27,245 bases of DNA from Octopus sinensis (GCF_006345805.1 NW_021836182.1:1-27245); one strand, 5' to 3'. Counted from the first letter of the stretch, positions 1-11,977 are shown. Numbers and translations: made by a program. The notes: generated by a model not told the origin, from the letters alone.

Positions 1-51
1 CCTTTCTGCTGTGCTTTTCTTTTCTATAGCATTTTATTCATATTTAGAGAT

Positions 52-195
52 TATTATTATTATTATTATTATTATCATTATTATTGAGTGAGAGAGCAGT
101 TCATGCCATCAAAGTGACACTGGGGTAAAAATACGAAGCCCAGTATACCCATCATGACTACCCGTCTGATAAGGATACACCAGGCACATGCATCA

Positions 196-232
<37 letters not shown>

Positions 233-246
233 TTATTATTATTATT
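52..246 (-). mobile_element. 3' tail fragment of a retroposon (SINE/LINE) between (TTA)n microsatellites
   Basis: (TTA)n at 52-85 and 198-246 flank a ~110-bp segment (gagtgagagagcag...ctgataagg). A diverged opposite-orientation copy lies at ~17697-17785 (tatcagaccggttgtcatgat...cacactttgattccatg), so it is a dispersed repeat. Confidence 0.55.
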
Positions 247-686
247 TTGCGAGTAAACGCTTCCACGCTTGACCAGGCCGCAGCATCATCCTTCGTTGCC
301 ATCGTTCTCATCGTCATCGTATCACATCCGTCCCTGTTCCTATGCCCTGCAATGAGGTGAACCTGTTTTTTTTTCCAGCGCAAATTCTCAGAACACTTGT
401 TGCAGGCCCTTCCTTATTCACCTCGTTTCTCAAGTTCAACACGTCTTGAAATCAGCCTTGAAAAATGCCTTCCTTGTCACCCTTCCTCTTCTACAGGTTC
501 CTTCACCTTGGATAACTCTCGCGCCCAACCTTTCCCTCTCTCAACAGTCATCCATTGTACGTAATCACATATCCATACTAGCGCAGTCTCTCTCTCACAG
601 ACACACACATATGCACACACACATATGCACACACAGCAAAACGAGACAATAGTAATGAGTTTTATTGAGGAAAGAAGCTATTAAAT

Positions 687-925
687 CAGTGGTTCACAGC
701 TGGGAGGGTCCATGTGGTTCTTGGGGGGACTATCTAAGATTGTGTTGCAATAAATACTAGACCACTAATAAATACTACAACACTCAAAATATTTCAACAA
801 CCCTTAATATTATTTAGTTATAAAAAAATATGATTTCATTAAATATCGAATGGCTATGATATCCATCCGAATAAAGTGCACATCAAAAGGGGCCCAAAAG
901 CAAAAGAATAATTGGCAAACCCTTG
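687..925. mobile_element. degenerate hAT-type MITE
   Basis: Starts CAGTGGTTCACAGC and ends TTGGCAAACCCTTG, similar to the termini of the clean MITE at 1944-2144. No TSD seen. Confidence 0.4.
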
Positions 926-955
926 TCTTACACCAAGTTTTATTTAGTGGCGTAG

Positions 956-986
<31 letters not shown>

Positions 987-1674
987 CGATCGGGGGGTAA
1001 TTCTTGAGTGTTTTTCAGAAAGGCCCTCAAATCTGTACAGACTGAATACAGCAGACCTCCGAAAGTATCACCGTCATGACAAGCGTCATCCGGCGTGGGG
1101 CCGCCTTCATTGCACCACCTCTCCTACCTAAGTTACTGTGTTACTGTATCGCTCACCACATTCGGATTCGGGGCCCGTCTCACGTTCTACTCTACCTAAC
1201 ACAAATCTTCGCTCATCCTCGATGGAGTGAGGTGGTCCTCTTAAGGGATACTGCCTAGAAAGTGTTACAAGGTTGTTGCTGTTTAACTCTGGGTAACCCC
1301 TGATTCGATTTTTATTCCAATTCGCTTTGGTCCAGGTTGAAGTTACTCCGAGTTTAGCTTTACCTTTCGAGGAGTCGATTGACTATATGTTGCTGTCGTT
1401 CGCCGCCATTTTATTTTTGTTTTTGCCTTCCTCCCGATTCCTATTTTACTCGGGGGGTGGGGGCCATCATAACCATTCGATGTCTAAAAATTCCTATTAA
1501 TATTTTCATAATGAAATATTATCAGGAAATGTATATAAATAATTACTAAAATACTTTATATATTATAGAACTAGAACCAGTTCACGGCAGATAAATTTTA
1601 ACCGCAAAATCACAAATGGACTCACAATGAGGACCGCTGCTTTTGTAGTATTAACTCCATAACAGTATGTTGGT

Positions 1675-1830
1675 TGAATTGCTGGGGCCTTATTTCTTCC
1701 GATCTCTATGCTGCAAGTTCAAATCTCGCCAAGGTCAACTCATCTGGTCCTTTACATTCTGGGTTCAAATCCCACCGTGGTCATACATTTCTTTCGTGTT
1801 TCGGAATCGATAAGATAAACTAAGGAATCA
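1675..1830 (+). mobile_element. degenerate tRNA-derived SINE head
   Basis: Two B-box-like GTTCAAATC motifs and similarity to the SINE family at 24880-25100. Confidence 0.45.
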
Positions 1831-1943
1831 TTCCGGGACAACGGATTAGTGAAATTCCTATAGCAGTTGATGAGTTTCCTTGTAGTATATTCCTTGGGTC
1901 TGTGTGTGTTATGAGTTCTTGAATTGTGTATTAGTGTTTAGGG

Positions 1944-2144
1944 CAGTGGTTTTCAACCAGGGTTCCGCCAGTACAGTCCAGGGGTTCCGCAAGAAGTTAC
2001 AAAACTGCTAAAGTCGACAGTAATTTTTAATTCTCCTGTGCAGATATGCGTGCATAAGACTATTAAATTATTGCACGGAGGTTCCTCAAGCCAGTGGAAT
2101 GTTTCCTTGGGGTTCCGCTCCAGCAAAAATGTTGAAAAGAACTG
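1944..2144. mobile_element. non-autonomous hAT-superfamily MITE, 201 bp
   Basis: TIRs CAGTGGTTTTCAAC / GTTGAAAAGAACTG match 12/14. Perfect 8-bp TSD GTTTAGGG at 1936-1943 and 2145-2152. An 8-bp TSD with CA..TG ends is typical of hAT elements. Confidence 0.9.
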
Positions 2145-2299
2145 GTTTAGGGTGGTAGTATAAGAGCTGGCACTCCGCCGCTTGCGACGACGGGAACGAG
2201 GGTTACAATTCATCCTGATCGCAGGAACGGCCTGCTCATGAAATTAAATTAAAGTGAAAGTACCTGACCACACCACAGGCACCACACGTCCCTAGTATA

Positions 2300-2445
2300 G
2301 GTTTTAGGGGTATATAGAAAGTTTACATAATGGTGGAGTATATAAAGTAAGGGTAGATAAAATTAGGCTGTAGAAAGCTGGCGTATATACGGGTATGCTG
2401 TAGTTAAGTGGGGCTCTTTAAGGGTAGGCTATATAAGGCGGCTGG
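2300..2445 (+). repeat. diverged solo copy of the repeat forming the 12-13 kb inverted arms
   Basis: tatataaagtaagggta...gctggcgtatata..ggtatgctgtagt.aagt.gggctct aligns with ~12050-12135. Confidence 0.7.
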
Positions 2446-2450
2446 TAATA

Positions 2451-2698
2451 TCTTCTTCTTCTTCTTACTCGTTTCAGTCATTTGACTGCGGCCATGCTGG
2501 GGCACCGCCTTCAATCGAGCAACTCGACCCCGGGACTTATTCTTTTGTAAGCCCAGTACTTATTCTATCGGTCTATTTTGCCGAACCGCTAGCTAACGGG
2601 GACATAAACACACCAGCATCGGTTGTCAAGCAATGCTAGGGGACAAACACAGACACACACACGCATATATATATAATATATATATATATATATTATAT

Positions 2699-2732
<34 letters not shown>

Positions 2733-2882
2733 ACATACATCGATACGACGGGCTTCTTTCAGTTTCCGTCTACCAAATTCACTCACAAGGCTTTCGTCGG
2801 CCCGAAGCTATAGTAGAAGACACTTGCCCAAGGTGCCACGCAGTGGGACTGAACCCGGAACCATGTGGTTGGTAAACAAGCT
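2451..2882 (-). mobile_element. tRNA-headed SINE, family A (octopod-type), with internal (CA)/(TA) microsatellite
   Basis: Same body as copies at 11010, 19492, 20257, 23238 and 26617. B-box-like GGTTCAGTCCC on the minus strand, simple-repeat tail at 2451-2468, slightly 5'-truncated. Confidence 0.9.
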
Positions 2883-2884
2883 GG

Positions 2885-3032
2885 CAGATAAGGGTATGCT
2901 ACACAAAGCTAGTCCTTCGAATTACAGGTAAAAATTCGACTGAAAGCAACATGACACAACGCGTCGCCTGGAATCGAACCAGCGACTTTACGATCACGAC
3001 CAGAATAACCTTATCCACTAAGCTACTCGCCT
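2885..3032 (-). mobile_element. older tRNA-derived SINE head (different family)
   Basis: Minus strand reads GGCGAGTAGCTTAGTGG (A-box-like) ... GGTTCGATTCC (B-box), followed by non-tRNA body sequence. Confidence 0.65.
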
Positions 3033-3409
3033 TCACTCGACTGGTTGTACTGTTAGGCGCAGTGTAGTAGTAACCATTGTTGTAGAATTAAACAGAATGG
3101 CGGTGTATTGTTTTATTTCCTGAATTACACTTCCTCCGAAGACAGTTATCTCCCCGTCAATTTTCCCTAGCTTGCCAGTTTAGCAATATTTTGGCCACAC
3201 AGACACACACAATCTACAGCTTTCTTTTTTCTTTTAAAAAAAAAAAAAATCAAATTTTGTATTAATAATGTATGCAGTTTTCATTCATCTCTTCCTTTGA
3301 TGGCATTTGCTCTAGCTGCTTGCGCTCCAGGTTCAAATCACACCGAAGCCAATTTTGACTAATAGTTTTCTGAGCTCTGTAAGATATAAGGCTGCTGCTG
3401 CTGCTGTTG

Positions 3410-3455
3410 TGTGCGTGCGCACACACACATATTTACATACATACATTCACATATG

Positions 3456-3517
<62 letters not shown>

Positions 3518-3620
3518 AATGTATACACACATATGTATGTATATGCATATATATGTGTGTATGTATATGCATATAAATGTGTATGCATATGTACGTATGT
3601 ATGTATGTATAATATATACC
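3410..3620. repeat. compound (CA)/(TA)/(TATG) microsatellite
   Basis: Directly visible. Confidence 0.95.
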
Positions 3621-3953
3621 AGGCCGTACCAGGTGGTGCTATTAAGTTAGACATGGCCGAAACCTATCAAAGTATATATGTATGTATATCATCATCATCA
3701 TCATCATCGTTTAACGTCCGCTTTCCGCGCTAGCACGGGTTGGACGGTTCGACCGGGTCTGGGAAGCCAGGGGCCGCTCCAGGCTCCAGTCTGAATCTGG
3801 CAGAGTTTCTACGGCTGGATGCCCTTCCTAACGCCAACCACTCCGTGAGTGGATTGGGTGTTTTACGTGCCACCTGCACAGGGGCCGGAGGGTCCGGCAT
3901 CGGTCACGATCGTTCGAGCTTTTAACGTGTCAGCGGCACGGGGGCAACGAGGT

Positions 3954-4022
3954 CCGGGGTACTTTGGGGATCGGGGTACTTTGGGGATCCAGGGTACTTT
4001 GGGGATCCGGGGTACTTAGAAT
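3954..4022. repeat. 17-18-bp minisatellite (ccggggtactttggggat) x ~3.7
   Basis: Units start at 3954, 3972, 3989 and 4007. Confidence 0.9.
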
Positions 4023-4029
4023 GGGTAGG

Positions 4030-5712
4030 GGGTATGTGGAATTGCTGCAGAAAGCAGCCCGGGTCTTTGTAGTCACAGCATATCTCCAGAGATCTCGGTC
4101 CTTCGCCATTGCCTTAGTGAGGCCCAATGCTCTGAGGTCATGCTTGACTACCTCATCCCATGTCTTCCTGGGTCTACCTCTGCCCCTGATACCTTCAACT
4201 GTTTGGGAGTGGCACTTCACACATCTCTCTTCATCCATCCGCAGCACATGACCATACCATCGCAAGCGTCGCTCTTGCACACCACATCTGATGCTTCTTA
4301 TATCCAGCATTTCTCTCAGGATGCTTACACTCTGTCTTGCGTGCACACTGATACTACACATCCAGCGGATCATGCTAGCTTCATTTCTTTCAAGTCTACG
4401 CATGTCTTCTGCAGTCACAGCCCAAGTTTCATTACCGTGAAGCATGGCAGTTCGCACACATGCATCATACAATCTACCTTTTGCTCTGAGGGAGAGACCT
4501 TTTGTTGCCAGTAGGGGTAGGAGCTTTCTGACTTGCCCAGGCTATTCGTATTCTAGTGGTGATACTCTCTGTGCATCCACCTCCGCTACTAACTTGGTCA
4601 CCCAGGTAGCGGAAACTATCAACTACTTTAGTTTCTCTCCCTGGAGTGTGATGGAATCTGTTTTCTGAGTGTCTGTTGTGTCTATTGTCCCTGTGCATCT
4701 GCCGCACATGAAAGCTATCTTATCTGTTAATTTCCCTTTAATGTTGCTGCACCTCTTATGTGTCCATAACTTACATTGGGTGCATCTTATGGAGTTTCTA
4801 CCTGTTACCTTTCCTACAGGTTGAGCAGGGCCACCTACCCGAGGGGGTGTGTGCTGAGTACCTCTTGCTGCTTACTAATACTTTGGTCTTTGCTACATTT
4901 ATTCTAAGGCCCTTTGATTCCAACCCTTGCTTCCACACCCGAAATTCTCTTCTAGTTCCGGTAGTGATTCTGCTATGAGAGCTAGGTCATCGCATAGAGG
5001 AGCTCCCAGGGGCATCCCGTTTTGAATTCCTCTGTTATTGCCTGAAGGACTATGATGAATAAAAGGGGACTGAGGGCTGAGCCCTGGTGCACACCTACTT
5101 CTACCCGGAATTCTTCACTATATTCGTTGCCAATCCTAACCTTGCTGACAGCCTCTCTGTATAGAGCCTGTACAGCCTTATTAGCCATTCTTCAATCTCC
5201 AGTTTCCGCATCGACCACCAGATAAGGGAACGGGGAACCCTGTCAAAGGCTTTCTCCAAGTCTACAAAAGCTATGTAGAGGGGTTATCTTTAGCTAGGTA
5301 CTTCTCCTGCAGTTGTCGGACCAGGAATATAGCATCAGTGGTGCTTCTAACCTGGTACAAAACCGAACTGCATTTCATCTAAACAAATTCTCTCCCTAAT
5401 GAGATTGGTTATGACCTTCTCTGAGACCTTCATCACCTGGTCCAACAGTTTGATACCTCTGTAGTTATTTCTATCTAGAGCATCACCCTTACCCTTGTAG
5501 CAGTTGACTATGGTGCTGCTGCACCAGTCATTGGGTATGACCATTGTGAACTACCTGGTTTACAATGCGGGTGACTATGGCATAGCCCACATAGCCAGCT
5601 GTTTTAAGCATCTCAGCAGTGATTCCTGATAGCCAGGGGCTTTGCCTGGTTCATATCCTTAATTGCCTTATCTACAAGGGAGCTGTCTATTCGGGTAGCT
5701 GGTCCCTCTACT
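4030..5712 (-). pseudogene. reverse transcriptase ORF remnant of the RTE LINE (multiple frameshifts)
   Basis: ORF-track pieces 5347-5544, 4982-5188, 4474-4707 and 3930-4472 are consecutive parts of one RT polyprotein in shifting frames. Confidence 0.9.
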
Positions 5713-5715
5713 GGG

Positions 5716-5802
5716 TATATATATATATATGTATATGTATATATATATGTATAGGTATATATATAGTATATGTATATGTATATGTATATATATATGTATA
5801 TG

Positions 5803-5833
<31 letters not shown>

Positions 5834-5998
5834 GTATTAATATATATAATATGATTATATATATATGTATATTAGATATATATATTGTATATATATATAT
5901 ATGTATATATATATGTATTATATATATATATATGTATATGATATATATTATATATATGGATATATATATATCTGTATATATATATATATATATGTAAT

Positions 5999-6029
<31 letters not shown>

Positions 6030-6508
6030 GTATATATAATATATATATATTATGTATATATATATAATGATATATGTATATATATATATGTATATATATA
6101 TATATAGTATAGATATATATGCATATATATATTATATGTATATATTATATATGTATATATATATATGCATATTAATATTATAGCATATATAATATAGTAT
6201 ATATATATATGCAGTATATAGATATATGCATAATAGATATGTATAGGTATTATATATATGATATGATATATATGTATATATATATATATATTGTATATAT
6301 ATATATATGCATATATAATATAGTGTATTATATATATATATGTATATATATATGTATATATATATATATGATATATATATATATGCATATATATAATATG
6401 TATATATAATATATGTATATATATATATATGCATATATATATATTGTATAATATATATATATGTATATTATGATATATATATGTATATATATATGATATA
6501 TATATATG

Positions 6509-6539
<31 letters not shown>

Positions 6540-6807
6540 GTATATATTATGTATAATATATATATATGTATATATATATATATAGGTATATTATATATAT
6601 ATATATGTATATATATAGTATATATATATATTATGTATATATATATGTGTATATATATATGTGTATATATATATATGTGTGTTATATATATATGTGTGTA
6701 TATATATATATGGTGTGTATATATATATATATGTGTATATATATATATATGTGTGTATATATATATGTGTGTATATATCTATATATATGTGTATATATAT
6801 ATATGTG

Positions 6808-6838
<31 letters not shown>

Positions 6839-7224
6839 GTATATGTATATATATAGTATATGTATATATATGTATATGTATATATATATGTATATGTATA
6901 TATATATATGTATATGTATATGATATATATATACATATGTATATGCTATATATATATATATGTATATATATATATGTATAGTATAGTATATGTATATATG
7001 TATATGTATAATATATATATGTTAATATATATAATGTATATGTATATGTATTGTATATATGTATAGTAATATATATATATGTATATATATGTATGTATGT
7101 TATAATTGTATGTAGATATATATATGTATGTATATATATATGTATGATACTTATATATATATATATGTATATGTATATATATATGTATATATGTATATAT
7201 ATATGTATATAGTATATAGATATG

Positions 7225-7312
<88 letters not shown>

Positions 7313-7416
7313 ATGTATATATAATGTATTATATATGTATATATATATATATGTATATATATTATATGTATATATATATATATATGTATTATATATTATA
7401 TGTATAATATATATGC

Positions 7417-7448
<32 letters not shown>

Positions 7449-7564
7449 GTATATATATATATGCATATATATATATAGGATATATATATATATGTATATA
7501 TATTGCATATATATATATGCATATATATATATGTATATGTATATATTATATGTATATATATATG

Positions 7565-7597
<33 letters not shown>

Positions 7598-7686
7598 GCA
7601 TATATATATATATATTATATATTAATATGTATATATATATGTATATATATATATGTATATATATATATATGCATATATATATAGTG

Positions 7687-7717
<31 letters not shown>

Positions 7718-7840
7718 GCATATATATATATATATGTATATAATATATATGTATATATTATGTATATATATATGTATAATATATGTATATATATATATGT
7801 ATATATTATATGTATATATATATATAAGTATATATATATG

Positions 7841-7890
<50 letters not shown>

Positions 7891-9290
7891 TGTATATAAT
7901 ATATATATATATATATATGTATATATGATGTGTATATATATATGTGTATATATATATAGTGTGTATATATATATGTGTGTATATATATATATGTGTATAA
8001 TATATATATGTGTATATATATATATGTGTGTATATATATATATGTGTGTATATATATATATATGTGTATATTATATATGTGTATATATATTATGTAATAT
8101 ATATATATATGTATATGTATATATTATGTATAGTATATATATATGTATATGTATATATATATGTATATGTATATATATATATGTATATTATATGTATAAT
8201 ATAACATATGTATATGTATATATATATATATATGTATATATATATGTATATGTATATGTATATATATATATGTATATGTATATATATATATATGTATATA
8301 TATATATGTATATGTATATATGTATATGTATATATGTATATGTATATATATATATATGTATATATATGTATGTATTATATATATGTATGTATTATATAGA
8401 TATGTATGTTATATATATGTATGTAATATATATATAGTCTGTATATGTATTATATATATGTATATATGTATATATATATGTATATATGTATATATATATA
8501 TGTATATATATATTGTATATATGTATATATATATGTATATATGTATATTAATTATGTATATATGTATGATATATAGACTAGGTATATGTATATATATATA
8601 TATGTTATATATATATATGGTTATATATATGTATATTGTTATGTATGTTATTGATAGAATTTATCGTATATGTTTTATGTATAATATATATAGTATATAT
8701 GTATATATATGTAGATGTATGTATATATATATATATATATAATATATATATATATATATGTATATATATATGTATATGTATTGTTATATATATAGATAGA
8801 GTATATATATGTATCTGTATGTATAATATATATATATGTATATATATATATATATGTATATGTAGTAATATAATATATATATATGGACTATTATATGTAT
8901 ATGATGTATATATATATATATAGATATATGTATATATATATGTATATGTATGGATTATATACTATATATATATGTATTATAGAGGTATATGTATTATGTA
9001 TATATTATATATATGTATATATTATATGTATATGTTGTTATATATATATATATGGATTATATATGTATATGTATGTATATATGTATATATATATATATGT
9101 ACGTATATATGTATATGTATGTATATTATATATATGTATGTATATGTATATATATATATATATATATGTATATGTATGTATATATGTATATATATATATA
9201 TGCATATATAGATGAATTGATGTATATGTACATATATATATATATGTCTGTGTGTATACATACATACATATATATTTTTATATATATATA
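5716..9290. repeat. ~3.6 kb (TA)n / TATATG compound microsatellite
   Basis: Almost pure alternating T/A with G interruptions. It is the source of dozens of spurious Y/I/M-rich ORFs. Confidence 0.98.
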
Positions 9291-10580
9291 CACGGCGCGA
9301 TTCGTAAATTTTCGCCTTTATGTATTTTAATTTAGCGCGTGCGCATTGTTTTGATTTTTATGGGGATATACGGTTTAGTAGGGTCAGGTGGGCACCATCT
9401 GTGAGAAAAACAGCACCATGACGCACTCCTCTCAGCCAGTAACTTCGAAACGACATGCTGTACTGCTTGGAATTCGCACAGGAAACTCCAATACGAGCAT
9501 TTCAGAGCGTTGAGGTGTCAATCTGAGGATCGTGCAGAGGCTTCGGAAAGAGTTGGATTAGTCTAATGATGATTCCGAATGTACGGCAACTCGGAAAACT
9601 CCCTCTGGTCGTCCTGATAAGAAAAGAACTCCTGAATTTGTTGGTGAAATCCAGGCTATGATTGACAACGATTCCTCCAAGTCAATCACGCCCATCGCCA
9701 GTAACATGGGAGTGTGTGAGTTTCTTATCAGGCAGGTAGTGCATGAAGAAACTCGGTATTCCTCATACAATATGAGAAAGGGACAGTTTTTATCCCAAGC
9801 CATCAAGGACGTGAGGAAAGAACGCGCTACGAAGCTTTTGAGCAAACTCGAGAACCCGCTTCAATCGAACATGCTTTGGTTTTTCGTAGAGAGAAATTTC
9901 TGCCAGGATCATGTGATGGGTATGCAGAACGGCCGTTGGCTTGCCGTGTACCCAAAACGTGTGCCGAGAGTGAAAAACTTGAAAAACTCAAACATTCAGT
10001 CGACATCATGGTGTTTGGGGTGGTCACTAGTGATGGCGCCGTTATGCCTTCATTCATCTTCCCACGCGGCCTTACACTCAACACTGAAGTCTACATCAAG
10101 TACCCGGAGGAGGTAGTGCTGCCCTGAGCCAAGAGGGTGTTTGCTGGAAGACCCTGTGTCTGGCAACAGGACTCTGCACCATGACACACAAGCAGGCGAA
10201 CCCAGTCATGGCTGTCAGACAATTTCTGCGACCCCGTCACCCCTAAAATCTGGCTACCCAGTTCCGCAGACTTCAGCACCCTCGATTATTATGAATGGGG
10301 CGCAGTTGAGCGAGAGACCAACAAAACCCCTTGTAACACCAAAGGTGAGTTGAAGGCAAGGATTATGGCAGCATTCACCAACTTAAACAAATAGACAGTC
10401 CAGAAGAGTTGCAGGAGATTCCGAAGTCGTCTGGAGGCTGTGGTTGAAGCAAAGGGTGATTTTATTGGATAAATTTACTCAAAGCATTTGCATATATTTT
10501 TATGTAATTTTGGCAAATGTATCTGTTAAAATGAGATGTCAGTGTTATTTTCATTTATGCGAAATTCATTCAACGCACCC

Positions 10581-10582
<2 letters not shown>
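9291..10582 (+). mobile_element. full-length decayed Tc1/mariner element, DD37D (maT/ITmD37D) type
   Basis: Degenerate TIRs CACGGCGCGATTCGTAAATTTTCGC and GCGAAATTCATTCAACGCACCCTG, TA on the left flank, ~1.29 kb long, with an internal transposase remnant. Confidence 0.9.
9418..10472 (+). pseudogene. DD37D transposase pseudogene
   Basis: Hand translation gives HTH region ...SGRPDKKRTPEF...IASNMGVCEFLIRQVV, then MVFGVVTSDG, WQQDSAP (D at 10170) and WLPSSADFSTLDY (D at 10284), i.e. 37 residues between the 2nd and 3rd D. Several stops, a frameshift near 9990, and the first catalytic D motif is damaged (WFFVER). Confidence 0.9.
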
Positions 10583-10611
<29 letters not shown>

Positions 10612-10658
10612 GCGTGCGTGTGTGTGTGTGTGTACGCACGCACGCACACACACACAGA
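10583..10658. repeat. (TG)n/(CA)n microsatellite
   Basis: Directly visible. Confidence 0.95.
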
Positions 10659-11008
10659 GTAGCTGTTTCGTGTTACTACTGGTTTAACCCCAGGTAGATA
10701 GTCCGCCAGCTGGTTATCGGTGCGCCGCTGCTACCTTTATATATAATATAGTGTGTGTGTGTGTGCATAGAGTTGCTTGTGGGGTAGGTTACCAGTGCAT
10801 AGCGTAGGCGGCAGCTTAGGTTCGGTTGTACTGTTGTGGCATATGGTGCAGTGTAGGTTTTAGTGTTGGTGGGGTTATAGTTAGTAGTAGTATGGAACTG
10901 TGTTCCTATACACCAGTTTTTCTCATCCGGGGTCGACATGGCCGTTGGGCACCAAATGAGATTTTTACTGTTTAAATTTCTCTGTAATAAATTGATTTTC
11001 GTTCTAAT

Positions 11009-11409
11009 CTTTACTCTTTACTCTTTTACTTGTTTCAGTCATTTGACTGTGGCCATGCTGGAGCACCACCTTTAGTCGAGCAAATCGACCCCAGTACCTA
11101 TTCTTTCTAAGCCTAGTAGTACTTATTCTATCAGTCACTTTTGCCGAACCGCTAAGTTACGAGGACGTAAACACACTAGCATCGGTTGTCAAGCGATGTT
11201 GGAGGGACACAGACACACCAGCATATACACACGCATATATACATATATACGACGGACTTCTTCCAGTTTCCGTCTACCAAATCCACCCACAAGGCTTTGG
11301 TCAGCCCGAGGCTATAGTAGAAGACACTTGCCCAAGGTGCCACACAGTGGGACTGAACCCGGAACCATGTGTTTGGTAAGCAAGCTATTTACCACACAGC
11401 CACTCCTAC
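11009..11409 (-). mobile_element. SINE family A, near full length
   Basis: Tail (CTTTACT)n. Head on the minus strand GGAGTGGCTGTGTGGTAA...GGTTCAGTCCC. Body matches the other copies. Confidence 0.92.
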
Positions 11410-11489
11410 AACACAAAATGCTTAACAATTTTTTTTAAAACGGTTCCTAATACTGTTTAATTATAATAAATTAATGGGACTTTTTGAAT

Positions 11490-11850
11490 GTCTATGTGGG
11501 GTCCCATAAGCTTAATAAGAGTCGAAGGGGCCCTCTGGCGGAAAAAAATGGTTGAGCACCAATGTAGCGTAGAGGTGTGTTGGATATCCCTATCAAGTAC
11601 TGATATATCGAGTACCGGTGTCTCGCAACCATTTTTTTTTACCTATGGAACCTCTTCGATTCTTATTTCACTCAGGTGGACCTCCATAGCCATTCGATAT
11701 TAGGAACCATAATTAAATGGTATTGGAAATTTTAATTTTAAAAATTCTTAAAATATTTTTGTTTAGAATCGTTTCACCGCACATAAATTTTGACAACCAA
11801 ATCATATATGGACCTCCGAAATTCATATAGACCCCGTTTGAAAACCACTG
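11490..11850. mobile_element. degenerate hAT-type MITE(s)
   Basis: TIR-like ends GGTTGAGCACCAATG (11550-11564), CGGTGTCTCGCAACC (11616) and GTTTGAAAACCACTG (11836-11850). No TSD recovered. Confidence 0.5.
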
Positions 11851-11977
11851 GAATAGTCTAATATATGGGGACAGACTGGACCATATGTGGATATAGGGCT
11901 ACGTCTGGCTGGCTTTGTTGTAGGAATATATTGAGAAAGCTATAAAGTAGAACTAACTATACAGGGTTGTATTAATT

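Larger units (their letters stand above)
3688..5715 (-). mobile_element. 5'-truncated RTE-clade non-LTR retrotransposon (LINE) with (GAT)n tail
   Basis: Minus-strand RT peptides: PNDWCSSTIVNCYKGKGDALDRNNYRGIKLL...QFGFVPG, FVDLEKAFDRVP, GVHQGSALSPLLF, LYA-DDL (1-bp deletion), VVDSFRYLG, and the RTE-type C-terminus RRLRWYGHVLRM...GRGRPRKTW. 3' UTR carries GGAAGGGCATCCAGCCGTAGAAA and ends in (GAT)n. No endonuclease domain. Confidence 0.95.

Noticed and set aside
250-1260. Unique-looking segments with short ORFs (446-652, 850-1131, 1076-1258)
   Set aside because: No recognisable protein motifs, and the ORFs run through microsatellites or a MITE.
2955-3032. Possible tRNA gene on the minus strand
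   Set aside because: A and B boxes are present, but no convincing cloverleaf, and it continues into SINE body sequence.
3964-4978. Plus-strand ORFs (95, 124, 74 and 72 aa)
   Set aside because: They are antisense shadows of the RTE reverse transcriptase ORF.
5770-9330. Dozens of long Y/I/M/C-rich ORFs on both strands
   Set aside because: They are translations of the (TA)n/(TATG) tract, which has few stop codons. The same applies to similar ORFs at 3355-3733 and 20959-22700.
11860-11977. Expected continuation of the mariner on the far side of the foldback
   Set aside because: Minus-strand reading shows no mariner C-terminal sequence, so a clean insertion with both host halves is not supported.
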